Below are positions 62,647 through 64,000 of a stretch of 64,000 bases of DNA, piece after piece (position 1 is the stretch's first letter; every line of letters begins with the position of its first letter). The notes under the pieces were generated by a model. The model saw nothing but the letters and a program-made list of their open reading frames with translations. It ran no database searches and was not told the DNA's origin. The position numbers and the translations under genes were made by a program. This DNA comes from Camelus ferus (taxonomy: Eukaryota). Location: contig NC_045697.1 in the NCBI RefSeq assembly GCF_009834535.1, positions 36,024,001 to 36,088,000 of the forward strand, read 5' to 3'.

Positions 62647-63894
62647 TATTTTATTATTATTTTTTTTAAACAAAAAGCAGAATAACATTTTACAGAGTGA
62701 TCTATAACATTTTTTCACCTAATAGGTCATGAACCTCTGTTTCAGTTTGAATTCTCCAAGCAGAGCCTGAGACAAGATTCAGATACTGTCCCTGCCAAAC
62801 ATATTTAAATCCCATCCATTTTCATGGTTGCACAGCATTTCACTGTCTGTATCATTACTTATTTAATCTCCCCAAGATACACATAAACTCCTTGCCTTGC
62901 TCCCACTTCCTCTTGCTGACATTTAGGATTTTCAGTGAACATGTTGACGTTACTGACTCATCGTAAGAAGGATATATGCAACAAGAGAAGGCTCATTTTC
63001 CAAAGGTGATGGTTGCAGGACGGCGTTCTGAGGTCTGGAGAAGTGACAGTGTTGGTGGCAGGGAGATCAAATCTAGGAAACTTATCATTGTCCTTACCAT
63101 GCCCACGATTTATACCTAATTCTTGTTTATGTGAAGGTGGCCAAATCAATCTCCATGATGATCATAAAACTGAAAAGACCACATTACTGTAGTGGTTTAT
63201 TTTCCCTTTGCCAATGATGTAGCCACTGGCTTCCTGACATCCTTTGGTCTAAATTTCATCATGTATCACCAGTTCTATCATGTCTTCTAGAAGTAGTCCA
63301 TTCTGCAGTATTTAAGACTGGTAATTTTTTAAATGACAAAACTACAAATGATTATCTGAGCGATTTTATCTGTATTTTTATACTAGCGATGTTCTCAGAT
63401 CATTGAACAAAGGATGGGAATTTATGTTACTAAGTTGAGTGCCAACTTCTAAGGCCTTCTGTATCTTGGTGAGTGACTTCAGATACCCATCAGCACCGTC
63501 AGTCAGTACTTCTGGAGCCTCCGTGAGAACCATGGTACAGCGCGGGAGGAGGGGTTGTGTTGGCAGCAGAGACCTGGCATCAAGCCCTGGCCACCTGTGT
63601 GCCTGTGGCAAGTCACTGTGGCCTTCCTGGGTCTCGGGATAATAATACCTCTCTGACTTGCTTGTGAGGATCAAAGGAAAAAACTAAATGTAGGAGTGCT
63701 CTTCAAGTATCAGCTGCTATACAAATTACCAGAGGAAAAATCTGGATTTTTGCTAGGCTGTAGTGGGAAACTTTAGTTCTTGTCTACACACCCACTTTAA
63801 AGAATCAGCACCCTGAAGCTGAACCCCTCACTGTGTCAGAGTCCACACTAATGGCTCATTCAACTCTCCAAAAAGCCTTAGCAAATAAAGTAAA

Positions 63895-63982
63895 TTTTTT
63901 TTTTAATGGAGTTACTGGGGATTGAACCCAGGACCTCATGCATGCTAAGTATGTGCTCCGCCACAGAGCTATTACCCTCCCC
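63895..63982 (-). mobile_element. tRNA-derived SINE (Vic-1-like)
   Basis: TTTTAATGGAGTTACTGGGGATTGAACCCAGGACCTCATGCATGCTAAG; degenerate TSD GCAAA(T/C)A(A/G)AGT(A/G)AAT. Confidence 0.85.
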
Positions 63983-64000
63983 ACTGCAAACAGAGTGAAT

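Noticed and set aside
48..63674. Most short ORFs in the six-frame track
   Set aside because: Many start at non-ATG codons, overlap repeats or microsatellites, and show no recognisable domains or exon structure. This is the expected background.
63378..63674. Possible further SCFD2 exon (contains ARSLL)
   Set aside because: Similarity is limited to a few residues, the region overlaps a MIR-like sequence and I found no convincing splice sites. The next exon probably lies beyond the window.
1..64000. A novel multi-gene system, CRISPR array or operon
   Set aside because: The sequence is mammalian, with spliced genes and interspersed repeats. I saw no regularly spaced repeat-spacer array and no long unexplained ORF.

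Overview
Mammalian genomic DNA, probably from a camelid (alpaca/camel group), judged from about 11 copies of a short tRNA-derived SINE resembling the camelid Vic-1 family. The window holds two convergent genes. RASL11B (+ strand) is complete: CpG-island promoter, 4 coding exons at 15714-19058 giving 248 aa, and a poly(A) signal at 20064. SCFD2 (- strand) contributes its last three coding exons (52846-52712, 37789-37670, 27816-27724) and its 3'UTR. The rest is intronic or intergenic DNA with SINE, MIR, L1, L2, MaLR/ERVL LTRs, hAT/TcMar MITEs and microsatellites. Nearly all ORFs in the supplied track are noise. I found no evidence of a new multi-gene system. The most unusual things seen directly are: (i) a complex L1 5' junction that created a 48-bp-stem inverted repeat with an L1 ORF2 snippet at its loop (24718-24828); (ii) a perfect 54-bp tandem duplication in the RASL11B promoter; (iii) a second in-frame donor whose use would delete exactly the P-loop GKT of RASL11B; (iv) an SCFD2 exon whose start regenerates a strong 5' splice site after splicing (recursive-splicing candidate); (v) an LTR41-like element carrying a CTCF-like motif. 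Repeat family names come from my recall of consensus sequences, not from a database search, and repeat boundaries are approximate.
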